In this document: one piece after another, positions 13,731 to 25,032 of the stretch | How the letters are laid out: each line of letters opens with the position of its first letter | Position numbering within the stretch: position 1 is the stretch's first letter | From: Malacoraja senta | Lineage: Eukaryota | Direction: 5' to 3' | Assembly: GCA_038087875.1 (NCBI GenBank) | Contig: CM075995.1 | Span: 9,488,001 to 9,552,000 of the forward strand | DNA length: 64,000 nt | Position numbers and translations under genes: made by a program | The notes under the pieces: generated by a model | Told to the model about the DNA's origin: nothing | The model's database searches: none | Seen by the model: the letters and a program-made list of their open reading frames with translations, nothing else

Positions 13731-15746
13731 AAGGCATTCAACAAGATTGCACATGGTAGGCTGCTCTGGAAGGTTAGATCACGTGGGATCCAGGGAGAGG
13801 TAGCTAAATGGATAACAAATTGGCTCCTTGGAAGGAAGCTGAGGGTGATAGCAGAAGGTTGCTTCTCGGACTGGAGGCCTGTGATTAGTGGTGTGCCTCA
13901 GGGTTCGGTGCTGGGCCCGTTACTGTTTGACATTTACATCAATGATTTGGATGAGTACCGACAGGGCAAGATTGGCAAGTTTGCTGATGATACATAAGTG
14001 AGTGGTTTTGCAGACAGTGAAGATGGTTGTGAAAGATTGCAGCAGGATCTGGATTGATTAGCCAGGTGGGCTGAAGAATGGTTAATGGAATTTAATACGG
14101 AAAAGTGTGAGGTGTTGCATTTCGGGATGTCTAACAAGGGCAGGTCCTACACAGTAAATGTTAGGCCTTGGGTGAGTCTTGTAGTGCAGATGGATCTAGG
14201 AGTGCTGGTGCATGGTTCCTTGAAGGTCGTGTCGCAGGAAGATAAGGTGGTCAAAAGGCTTTTGGCACATTGGCCTTCATCAATCAGAGTATTGAGAATA
14301 GAGATTGGGAGGTCATGTTGCAGCTGTATAAGACGTTGATGAGACTGCATTTAGAATATTGTGTCCAGTTCTGGGCATCATGTTGTAGGAAAGATATTGT
14401 CAAGATTGAAATGGTTCAGAAAAGATTTACGAGGATGTTGCCAGGACTAGAGTGTGTGACCTACAGTATAGGGGAGGTTGAGTAGGCTGGGTCTACATTT
14501 ATCTCACATTTATCCACATTATAAAGGCATGGCAGATGCAGTATAATGTCGATAAATGTGAGGTTATCCACTTTGGTGGCAAAAAGAAGAAAGTAGACTA
14601 TTACCTGAATGGTGGCCGATTAGGAAAAGGGGAGATGCAACGAGACCTGGGTGTCATGGTACACCAGTCATTAAAAGTAGGCATGCAGGTGCAGCAGGCA
14701 GTGAAGAAAGTGAATGGTATGTTAGCATTCATAGCAAAAGGATTTGAGTATAAGAGCAGGGAAGTTCTACTGCAGTTGTACAGGGTCTTGGTGAGACCAC
14801 ACCTGGAGTATTGAGTACAGTTTTGGTCTCCAAATCTGAGGAAAGACATTCTTGCCATAGAGGGAGTACAGAGAAGGTTCACCAGACTGATTCCTGGGAT
14901 GGCAGGACTTTCATATGAGGAAAGACTGGATAGACTCGGCTTGTACACGTTGGAATTCAGAAGACTGAGGGGGGATCTTATAGAAACTTACAAAATTCTT
15001 AAGGGGTTGGACAGGCTAGATGCAGGAAGATTATTCCCGATGTTGGGGAAGTCCAGAACTAGGGGTCACAGTTAAAGGATAAGAGGGAAGACTTTTAGGA
15101 CCGAGATGACGAAATCATTTTTTACACAGAGAGTGGTGAATCTGTGGAATTCTCTGCCACAGAAGGTAGTTGAGGCCAGTTCATTGGCTATATTTAAGAG
15201 GGAGTTAGATGTGGCCCTTGTGGCTAAAGGGATCAGGGGGTATGGAGAGAAGGCAGGGATGGGATACTGAGTTGGATGATCAGCCATGATCATATCAATT
15301 GGCGGTGCAGGCTCGAAGGGCCGAATGGCCTACTCCTGCACCTATTTTCTATGTTTCTATGTTTCTATTCCATGGAGCGTAGGAGGATGATGGGAGATCT
15401 TATAGAGGTATACAAAATGATGAGAGGAATAGATCGGGTAGATGCACAGAGTCTCTTACCCAGAATATGGGGAATCGAGGACCAGAGGACATAGGGTGAA
15501 GGTGAAAAGATTTAATGGGACTCTGAGGGGTAACTTAAGGAACAAGCTGCCAGATGAGGTAGTTGAGGCTGGGACTATCCCATCGTTTAAGAAACAGTTG
15601 GACAGGTACATGGTTAGGACAGGTTTGGAGGGTTATGGACTAAGCGCAGGCCAGTGGGACTCGGGTAGCTGGGACATTGTTGGCCGGTGTGGGCGATTTG
15701 GGTCGAAGGGCCTGTTTCCACTCTGTCTCACTATGACTCTATGACT
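13731..15746 (+). mobile_element. CR1 relic with a younger CR1 nested at about 14496-15367
   Basis: [10 protein letters not shown] and KFADD; nested copy ends in (TTTCTATG)n; host resumes at TTCCATGGAGC; host tail (GACTCTAT)n. Confidence 0.85.
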
Positions 15747-16334
15747 ACCCAGAGTCAGAAATGGCTAATCCAACACATAGTACACACCAGTTGAAGGTGG
15801 ATTTCACTGGAGTTTTAATAAACCTCACAATCTAATAGTTCTCATAGGGACGCTGAATATGTCCTCAGCTAAATGGTTATTTCAAGAGTCAAGAGTGTTT
15901 TATTGTCATATGTCCCAAACGTAACATTGAAATTCTTACTTGTTGCACAACAGAATATGTTGTAAAGTATAGAGCTATACATTTTGGTAGTAGGTATAAA
16001 AGCTTAGACTATTTTCTAAATGGGGATTGAATTCATGAATCAGAGGTGAAAAGGAACTTGGGAGTGCTGGTACAGTTTTCCCAAAAAGTTAATTTCCAAA
16101 TCGAATCGATAGTAAGGAATGCAAACGCAATGCTGGCATTTATTTCAAGAGGCCTAGAATAGAAAAACAGTAAAGAAAAACCCAAAATAATGCTGATCCT
16201 TTAATTTATTATATTGTTTACTGAGTGCCATGTGTTCATAATGTAAGTGATTTCGTAAACAAAATTAGATCATTCGGCCTGTGAAGTCTGCTCCGCCATT
16301 CAATCATGGCTAATCTATCTCTCACTGCTTTAAT

Positions 16335-16860
16335 ACCACCAGGGAGTGCCTTACGATGGCAGCCTCGCCAACGATCTGTCTACCATTTCAACTTTTTTGT
16401 TATTTTAATGTGTTTTAAGTTTGTGTCAATGTTCTCTGGTTTGTTTTATGTGGGGGGTGTGGGAGAGAGTCGGGGGGGGGGGACTTTTTTCAATCTCTTC
16501 CCTTGCCGGATATCGGATTGTTTTCCGGATCGTATCTCCAGTCGCTCTGCGGCCTAACATCATGGAGCTGGAGGCCTTGCTCAGGACTGACTTTGAGCCC
16601 CTCCACGTGGACTTACCATCGGAGCCGATCCCTTGCCTGGGATTGACACTCCAACCGCAGCCTGCGGATTTCACCATCGAGGAGCTCGCAGTCTCGGGTA
16701 GAGACGGATGTTGGGTAGCTCCAAATTATGCAAAATGTTTTGACCAGCCCAGACCCAGGGTCCGATCACTCGGCGCGAGGGAACTCAGATTCTCCCCCCC
16801 CCCCCCCCCCCACTGGTGGACTTTGGAATTGAAGGCTTGCGGTTTAGGACATGTAATGTA
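16335..16860. mobile_element. GC/CpG-rich interspersed element, family not identified
   Basis: Abrupt composition shift between CR1 fragments; no protein motif. Confidence 0.35.
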
Positions 16861-17212
16861 AATGTTTTTCTCTGGGGGAAGGTGAGACACTTGGCATCTC
16901 CACCCCCGATGGTTGGTCGCTGAGGTCATTCAACAGAGTGGTCATTTTTTGGATATTAAAAGATTCAAGGGTTAGGTTGGGAGTGTCGAGATAAAAGTCC
17001 AGTATGACCTTGATCAGTGGTGCAGTTTCCTTTGGCCTTTTGTATCATCCAAGTGGTGTAGAATGACTACAGGGGAGAGGTTAATGATTGAGGAGGAGAA
17101 CAAGGGGAGAGGTTAATGGCTGAGGAGGAGAACGTGGGGAAATGTCCAGTTTTGAGAGTCTGTGATGTCCACGATGGAATGGCCAATCATTAAATAGTTC
17201 AATATTCAATTT

Positions 17213-17680
17213 TGAACACGGATCCATTGACAATGATGAACATAGGTCCAATGACAATGGTGAGCATAGATCCATTGACAATGGTGAACATAGATCCATT
17301 GACAATGGTGAACATGGGTCCATTGGCAATGGTGAACATAGGTCCATTGACAATGGTGAACATTGATCAATTCACAATGGTGAACACGGGTCCATTGACA
17401 ATAGTGAACATGGGTCCATTGACAATAATGAACATAGGTCCATTGACAATGGTGAACATGGGTCAATTGACAATTGTGAAGATGAGTTCATTGATAATTG
17501 TGAAGATGAGTCCATTGACAATGGTGAAGGTAAGACCTTTGACAATGTTGAAGACGTTTGCTTTGAAAATGGTGAAGATGTTTGCATTGACTATGGTGAA
17601 CATGGGTCCGTTGACAATGGAGAACTTGGGCCTGTTGAAAATGTTGAAGATGGGTCCATTGACAATTGTGATCATGGGTC
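17213..17680. repeat. Minisatellite, 24-bp unit, ~19 copies
   Basis: Unit GGTCCATTGACAATGGTGAACAT(A/G). Confidence 0.95.
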
Positions 17681-18294
17681 TTGGAACAGAAAGCCACATC
17701 ATGAGAACGGATATGTATTTGCTGCTATCGTTTCAAAATATGCATCTCTATATTTTAATTTCAATAATGTGAAGTGTACGTGGTGATAGTTTCATGTTCT
17801 GAGACATCCTGTACCAGCCTTGTTGACTTTAAGGGGCTTGTGATGAACATGTTCAGCAAATTATCATAAACGCCCCATACAAGTGAGGATAGTTTTGTGT
17901 TCTGAGACATCCTGTAACAGCCTTGTTGACTTTAAGGCGCATTGTGATGTATGTGTTCAACTAATTATCATACAACACCGCAACATCCCCCAATCTACGT
18001 TAATGTCAGCAAACATTGTTAGCAATTTGAACTCAATTCAGATCCGGTGCCTTTTTAAGCTGAGGTGCTGTCCCTTGGAAATGTAGGTGTGTCCGTGAAA
18101 CGATCCTCTGCTATTGAACTCCGAAGCCCAGGACGATGAAATGGTGGTGAGTTCTCATTCATTTCTCAAGTTCACTCTTGCCCTCATCAAGTAGAACAAG
18201 ACCATTTGGCTCAACAACTCACTCTGTACCCAAGGTAATCCAACCGATCCTTCTATGTTTTCCCCGTATTGCTTGCTTTCTTGTATCTGGATAT

Positions 18295-18769
18295 AAAGAC
18301 TGGATAGACTCGGCTTGTACTAAAGACTGGATAGACTCGGCTTGTACTCGCTAGAATTTAGAAGATTGAGGGGGGTTCTTATAGAGACTTTAAAAATTCG
18401 TAAGGGGTTGGACAGGCTAGATGCAGGAAGATTGTTCCCGATGTTAGGGAAGTCCAGAACAAAGGGGCACAGTTTAAGGATAAGGGGGTAGGCTTTTAGG
18501 ACCGAGATGAGAAAATCATTTCCTACACAGAGAGTGGTGAATCCGTGGACTTCTCTGCCACAGAAGGTAGTTGAGGCCAGTTCATTGGCAATATTTAAGA
18601 GGGAGTTGGATGTGGCTCTTGTGGCTAAAGGGATCAGGGGGTATGGTGAGAAGGCAGGTACAGGATACTGAGTTGGATGATCAGCCATGATTATATTGAA
18701 TGGCGGTGCAGGCTCAAAGGGCTGAATGGCCTACTCCTGCACCTATTTTCTATGTTTCTATGTTTCTAT
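18295..18769 (+). mobile_element. Young CR1 3' fragment
   Basis: Same family as 10150-13040; (TTTCTATG)n tail; 27-bp duplication at the 5' junction. Confidence 0.9.
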
Positions 18770-19615
18770 GGTGTTCCCATTAACAAGCACCTCTCCCACT
18801 CCTCTAATTCCTGTTCCATCCCTTGATCTGGGGGATATACCGTGCTCAATCAACCCATCATCAGGATGAATCACCACTTAATGAATCACCACTTAATTCT
18901 CGCCTTTCTCATCTTAAACCTATGCTTTCTCGTGTTAGAATGCTCTACCCTGGGGAAAGACTGTGAAGTTCATTTTATCCATGCCCTTTATGATCTTGTA
19001 CACCTCAACAAGGTCACCCCTCAACCCCCTACACTCCAAAGGATAAAGTCATGGCCTTTCCAACATCTCCCTAGAACTCAAGCCCACTGCCCAGTTAACA
19101 TCCTAGTGAATCTCGTCTCCAACTGGAGGTGACTGGAAGTATTGCTGTCCCAGCAGAACCACATTTTGATCGTGCTGTTTCTTCCCCCACAGCATCGCTC
19201 TGCCATGCCTGCTCGCATTGACCTGCCTGTCTGGAGTATTCTCTGCACATAGTGAAGGTCAGTAGCACTCGTCCTCAGCCCCTTCTGGTGAACGTGGTCA
19301 CACCATCAGTCATGGAGTCATGCCCAAGAAGCCTCAGGATTTCCTGAACTTGTTTTGCATCTACACAGGGAATCACAGAGTCGTACAGCAGTCCGTCAAC
19401 CCAACTTGTTCATGACAATTAAGATGGCCCAACTAAGGCAGTTAGTTCATTTGTCCATGTTTACCCACTACCACTCTAATCCTTTCTAATTCATTACCTG
19501 TCCAGATTTTAGTTTAGTTTGAGTTTAGTTTATTGTCACATGTACCGAGGTACAGTTGTAAAGTTTTTTTTTTGCTGTGCCTTCCTGTGAGCAGACAGAC
19601 TAACATATCATATTA

Positions 19616-20767
19616 TCTATATTACTAAAAGTCTGATCGTGACCGCTTTTGGCTCGCTGTGATTTCCGAGAGAATGTCGCCACCTATGGCCGTCATTTTT
19701 GGCCACCTCGCTCAGAGCCCCCCTCCGCCTGCCAGGACTGGAGGATTTTTCCCATCGATGAAAAATCAGAGATATATTAATGTTTTATAAAATATTGCCA
19801 TTCTCTCTGCTGCCCCTGCTGGTGGGCGGGGGGAAGGACTATAAAACCCGGAAGTGGTGTGCCTCACTCAGTCTCTGCAAGATGGAGGAAGCGAGAGGTT
19901 CACGTCTCTCTAAGCTCTGAATAACACTGAACATATGTCTACTCAACTGTGAGTGCCGTTAATGTGGTTTGAAAATGAAAATATGGTTTGTTTGAAGTAA
20001 AAAGGCACTGCAAATGGTTGTTTGTTTGTTTTTTGGGTTGAAGTAAAAAGGCAGTGCAAATTATTGTTTGGGGGGGGTTTGGGTTGAAGTAAAATGGCAG
20101 TGCAAATGGTTGTTTGGGGGGTTTGGGTTGAAGTAAAAAAGGCAGTGCAAATGGTTGTTTGGGGGGGTTTTGGGTTGAAGTAAAAAGGCAGTGCAAATGG
20201 TTGTTTGTTTGTTTTTTGGGTTGAAGTAAAAATGGTTGGGTGACATTTTTACTTCAACCCAACCCCCCCCCCCCAAACAACCATTTGCACTACCTTTTTA
20301 CTTCAACCCCAAACCCCCCAAACAACCATTTGCACTGCCTTTTTACTTCAACCCACCCCCCCCCCCCAAACAACCATTTGCACTGTCTTTTTACTTCAAC
20401 CCAAAAAAAACCCAAACAACCATTTGCACAAATGGATTTGAATTTGGTGGCCTTGCACTCTGCTTGAAAGGAATTTCAAGGAATAGCTGTGAGTCAACTG
20501 CCAGCCCACCAGCCGTGAGTGAGCTGCCAGCACATCAGGCTTGAGGGATTGAGCTGCCACCCCAAGAATCCATTTGGCCCACAATGTCCATATTAGCCCT
20601 CTGGAGACCAGTAGTCCCTGCAGCCAACAACACCCATACCGGCGCTCCAGAAAGCCCCCCCCCCCAACTGGCCACCAATATTGGAAGTGGTGGAGAGGTG
20701 GAATATTGTGTAGGGGGAACAGCCCTCCCGTGTGAACATGGGACCCAACAGGTCCCACTTAGTCTAG
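19616..20767 (+). mobile_element. Complete non-autonomous Helitron (~1.15 kb)
   Basis: A|TCTATATTACTAAAAG 5' end; 3' hairpin TGGGACC-CAACA-GGTCCCA then CTAG|T; inserted between A and T with no TSD. Confidence 0.88.
19985..20428. repeat. ~45-bp minisatellite that flips orientation at about 20240
   Basis: GGGTTGAAGTAAAAAGGCAGTGCAAATGGTTGTTTG units, followed by reverse-complement units. Confidence 0.9.
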
Positions 20768-20821
20768 TATATTATATATTTATTAAAAGTCTTGTACGTG
20801 TGTATATGTGTGTGTATATAG

Positions 20822-20980
20822 AAATATAGAAAATAGGTGCAGGAGTAGGCCATTCGGCCCTTCGAGCCTGCACCGCCATTCATTATGATCATGGCTGATC
20901 ATCCAACTCAGTATCCTGTACCTGCCTTCTCTCCATACCCCCTGATCCCTTTAGCCACAAGGGCCACATCTAACTCCCTA
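20822..20980 (-). mobile_element. CR1 extreme 3' fragment
   Basis: Matches 10163-10317. Confidence 0.85.
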
Positions 20981-21471
20981 AATATGTGGTTGGCCTTACA
21001 TCTTCGCAAAAACACTAAGCGGTAATGATTACATTTTTACATTTTCCGATTGACATTTTTCCCATCGAGACAGAGATCACATTTACTGAACATTTTATGC
21101 TTTATTTCTCGACTTATTCTCGTCTCAATACTGATTAAAAGTCTAAAAAAGTCAAAAGACTTTGAAATTAAAACGACCAGCTTCAACTGATGACGTCACA
21201 TTAGCTCGGCTAGCAGTGATCACCCTCACTGAAGACTTCATCCTATATTTGACATGTTATTCGCGATTATCCTATATTTCACATTATTCGTGATTAAAGC
21301 TTTAATTTGCCAACATTTCAGAAGGTTTTACACATTCTGATTCACATTTTCCCCTCTAGCCAGAGAGCACCTTCACTGAACATTTTATGCTCTATTTCTT
21401 GACATTACTGATTAAAGTTTAAACAAATCAAAATACTTTGAATTTAAAACGACCAGCTTCAAATGATGACC

Positions 21472-22032
21472 TCTGCCGCACCTGGAAAGACTGCTTGGGT
21501 CCGTGAATGGAGTCAAGGGGGGAGGTAAAGCGACAAGTGTAGCATTTCCTCCAACCCACCTCTTCCAACCTCATCTATGGCATCCGCTGCTCTAGATGTC
21601 AGCTGCTCTATATCGGTGAGACCAAGCATAGGCTTGGCGATAGCTTTACCAAACACCTCCACTCGGTTCGCAATAACCAAACTGATCTCCTGGTGGCTCA
21701 GCACTTCAACTCCCCCTCCCATTCCGAATCTGACCTTTCTGTCCTGGGCCTCCTCCATGGCCAGAGTGAGGACCACTGTAAAGTGGAGGAGCAGCACCTT
21801 ATATTTCGCTTGGGCAGTTTGCACCCCAGCGGTATGAACATTGACTTCTCTAATTTCAGGTAGTCCCTACTTTCTCCTCCCCTTCTCAGCTTCTCCGCCC
21901 CCCCCCCCCCACCCTCACATCAGTCTGAAGAAGGGTTTCGACCCGAAACGTTACCTATTTCCTTCGCTCCATAGATGCCGCCTCACCCACTGAGTTTCTT
22001 CAGCATTTTTGTCTACCTTTGATTTTCCGGCA
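21472..22032 (+). mobile_element. Penelope-like element 3' end: GIY-YIG endonuclease plus pseudo-LTR, with 5' inversion at 21472-21548
   Basis: Translates as SNLIYGIRCSRCQLLYIGETK...VAQHFNS...EEQHLIFRLGSLHPSGMN; inverted piece encodes the upstream KCYTC linker. Confidence 0.85.
21922..21956 (+). ncRNA. Minimal hammerhead ribozyme motif in the Penelope pseudo-LTR
   Basis: CTGAAGA core, stem II GGGT-TTCG-ACCC, GAAA, palindromic ACGT in place of stem III. Confidence 0.6.
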
Positions 22033-22039
22033 TCTGCAG

Positions 22040-22965
22040 TTCATTCTTAAACAAAGATGAATAGAATAATGTTCAGTGAAAGATAATGTCCGATTAAAGA
22101 TCATCCGAGGGTCTCCAATCAGGTAGATGATAGTTGTGGTCTTCTCTCTAGTTGACGATTTCATGGTTCAATTGCCAGGTAATAACTGAGACTAATCTGT
22201 CCCTGAATCAGGAGAGAGGTATTTTCACACTTCTGTACATCTTGCCTGATGGGAGAGGGGAGAAGAGGAAGTATTGGGGGGAGACTGGTCCTTGATTATG
22301 CTGGTTGCCTTACCAAGGCAGCATGATGTTTTGATGGAATTAATGGAAGAGAGGTTGGTTTGCGCGATGGTCTGGGCTGCGTTCACAATATTCTGCAATT
22401 CCTTACGTGTCTTGGATGGAGCTGTTCCCAATCCTTGCTGTGATGCATCCCAACAAAATGATTTTTATGGCACATCGGGAGAAGTTGATGAGAATTTTTG
22501 GGGACACATCGCATTGAAGAAGGGTCTCGACTCGTAACATCACCCATTCCTTCTCTCCAGAGTTGCTGCCTGTCCCGCTGAGTTACTCCAGCTTTTTGTG
22601 TCAATCTTCGCACTTCCTAAGCCTGATAATTGAGGCGTCAGTGTGCGTTCTAGATCATTGCTTTGAAATGTCTCGAGCAGGACACGTTACTGGTGATATT
22701 TACTCCAAGAAGCTTAATCCTTTCAACCATCTCTACTTCAGTGCTGTCAATATATATGTGTACCACCACTTCCTGAAGTCGATTACTATCTCCTTTGTCT
22801 TACTTGAGGGAAAGATTGACACCAGGATATGAGGTTACCAATCTCATTCCTGTACCCATCTCATCATTATTTGATATCCAGCCCCCTACAGTGGTGTCGT
22901 CTGCAAATTCGTAAATTGAGTTGGATTTACATTTGACTGCACAGCTGTGGGTATATAAGGAGTAC
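22040..22965 (-). mobile_element. Old Rex1-like relic with a Penelope-derived short insert (about 22513-22608)
   Basis: FADDTTV and LQNIVNAAQTI peptides. Confidence 0.65.
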
Positions 22966-23257
22966 AAGTGGATGGCTTTGCAGATAGTGGAGATGGTTGT
23001 GGAAAATTGCAGGAGGATCTTGATCAATTGGCCTAGTGGGCTGAGGAAAGTTGATGGAATTTAATGCAGAAAAATGCGAGGTGTTGTATTTTGGGAAGTC
23101 TAACATATGCAGGACCGACACAATGAATGGTGGAGGTCTGGGTGGTGTTGTAGACCGAGCAATGCAGGTGCATAGTTCTCAGAAGGCAGGGTCGCAGGTA
23201 GATAAGGTGGTCAAAAGGGCTTTTGGCACATTGGCCTTCAACAGGCAGAGGATTGAG

Positions 23258-23911
23258 TTTTTCCAATGACCTCTCTTGGACCCACAATACCTCAACTCTG
23301 GTCAAGAAGGCTTACCAGCGTCTCTTCTTCCTGAGGAGACTAAAGAAGGTCCATCTGTCTCCTCAGATTCTGGTGAACTTCTACCGCTGCACCATCGAGA
23401 GCATCCTTACCAACTGTATCACAGTATGGTATGGCAACTGCCCTGTCTCCGACCGGAAAGCACTGCAGAGGGTGGTGAAAATTGCCCAACGCATCACCGG
23501 TTCCTCACTCCCCTCCATTGAGTTTGTCCAAAGCAAGCGTTGTCTGCGAAGGGCGCTCAGCATCGCCAAGGACTGCTCTCACTCCAACCACAGACTGGTT
23601 ACCCTCCTACCATCCAGGAGGCGCGACAGGTCTCTCCGTTGCCGGACCAGCAGATCCAGGAACAGCTTCTTCCCTGCAACTGTTACACTACTCAACACTG
23701 TACCTTGGTGACTGCCAATCACACCCCCCCCCCCCCCACCCCTGGACACTCCTCCCACCAGGAAAAATACTATAACTGTATGCACATAAATAGATTTATT
23801 TATTGCTCATATTTATGTCGCTCTTCTAGGGAGATGCTAACTGCATTTCGTTGTCTCAGTACTGTACACTGCACAATGACAATAAAGTTGAATCTGATCG
23901 GAATCTGATCT
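23258..23911 (+). mobile_element. Rex1 LINE 3' fragment
   Basis: DLSWTHN, KKAYQRLFFLRRL, FYRCTIESILT and RNSFFP peptides; AATAAA and (TCTGA)-type tail. Confidence 0.88.
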
Positions 23912-23952
23912 GAGAAGTTGGGAGATCATGTTGCAGTTATATAAGACGTTGG

Positions 23953-24304
23953 TGTGACAGTCTGCCCTCTCCTGCCTGCCTGCCACTCCCCTCTCATCAG
24001 CCCAACTCTCCTCACCTGTGGCACTCAGTTGCCTCTGATCACCAATTAATCCGGTATATAGACTCTCCTCACCGTTCCCACAGTGCCAGATTGTTCTCAG
24101 CATTCATGCAAGACTCTCCAGCGATTTCCCGACTGCCTACAAGGATTCGAACCTGCCAGCCCTCTTCGGAACCCTCGCTCAATCCTGAGTCTCTGTGTGA
24201 GTACGATGTACCCATTCCTGTGTTCCAGTATCGGAATAAAGTTCATTACCAACTATACCTGCCTGATTCTGTGCTGCTATCGGGTCCAAGCTATCCCCGT
24301 TACA
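23953..24304 (+). repeat. 5' LTR (352 bp)
   Basis: TGT...ACA ends, TATATA at 24055, AATAAA at 24235; about 7 substitutions and 1 indel versus the 3' LTR by eye. Confidence 0.95.
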
Positions 24305-24316
24305 GTACAATCTGGC
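24305..24316 (+). promoter_or_regulatory. Self-priming primer-binding site
   Basis: GTACAATCTGGC is the reverse complement (11/12) of LTR 24085-24096. Confidence 0.8.
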
Positions 24317-24321
24317 CAACA

Positions 24322-25032
24322 ATGGACTCGGCGCACACTACGTCTCCGGCAAACTGCTTCGGGAGGATTGAGCACACGCTCCTGCAGCACGAAGCTATGC
24401 TCACTGCCTCCAACTCCGAGATTCGACAGGTTGTGTCAAACCAAGAACAAGCATTGGTTGCACTAGTCACCCAGGTCCAACAGCTGATGCCCACCCTCGC
24501 CCAGGATACACCCCATGCTTCGCCTCCGGCTCCGACAGCACCAGCTCACGGTCTGCCAGGAACATCACCTGAGCCCCGGGTGGGAACCCCGGAGCGTTAC
24601 GCTGGAGACCCAGAGGGCTGCAACCCATTCATCACGAACTGTTCCATTCTCTTTGCCCTACAGCCCTACACCTTCGCCCAGGAAGCGGCGAGAGTGGCGT
24701 TTACCATTAATCACCTGACTGGTAGAGCTCGGCTGTGGGGAACGGCTGAATGGGAGCGACGCACGCCGGCTTGTTCCTCTTTCCAGGCCTTTGCCGCGGA
24801 GCTTCGCAAGGTGTTCGGTAAGGTTTCGATGGGTCCGGACGCTGCGGGAGGTCTGCTGGGGTTGAGCCAGGGGAACCAGAGCGTCGCTGACTTCGCCATC
24901 GACTTTCGCACCAGGGCCCGGGAGAGTGCTTGGAACGCCCTGGCCCAGTGTGACGCTTTCTTGCTGGGCTTGAATGACTATATCAAGGATGAGTTGGTGT
25001 CCCACGACCTTCCTTCTTCTCTGGATGGACTT
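24322..25032 (+). pseudogene. gag: Gypsy gag N-terminal/capsid part; resumes at about 31033-31250
   Basis: PERYAGDPEGCNPF, LTGRARLW, LSQGNQSVADFAIDFRT and FLLGLNDYIKDEL retrotransposon gag motifs. Confidence 0.9.
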
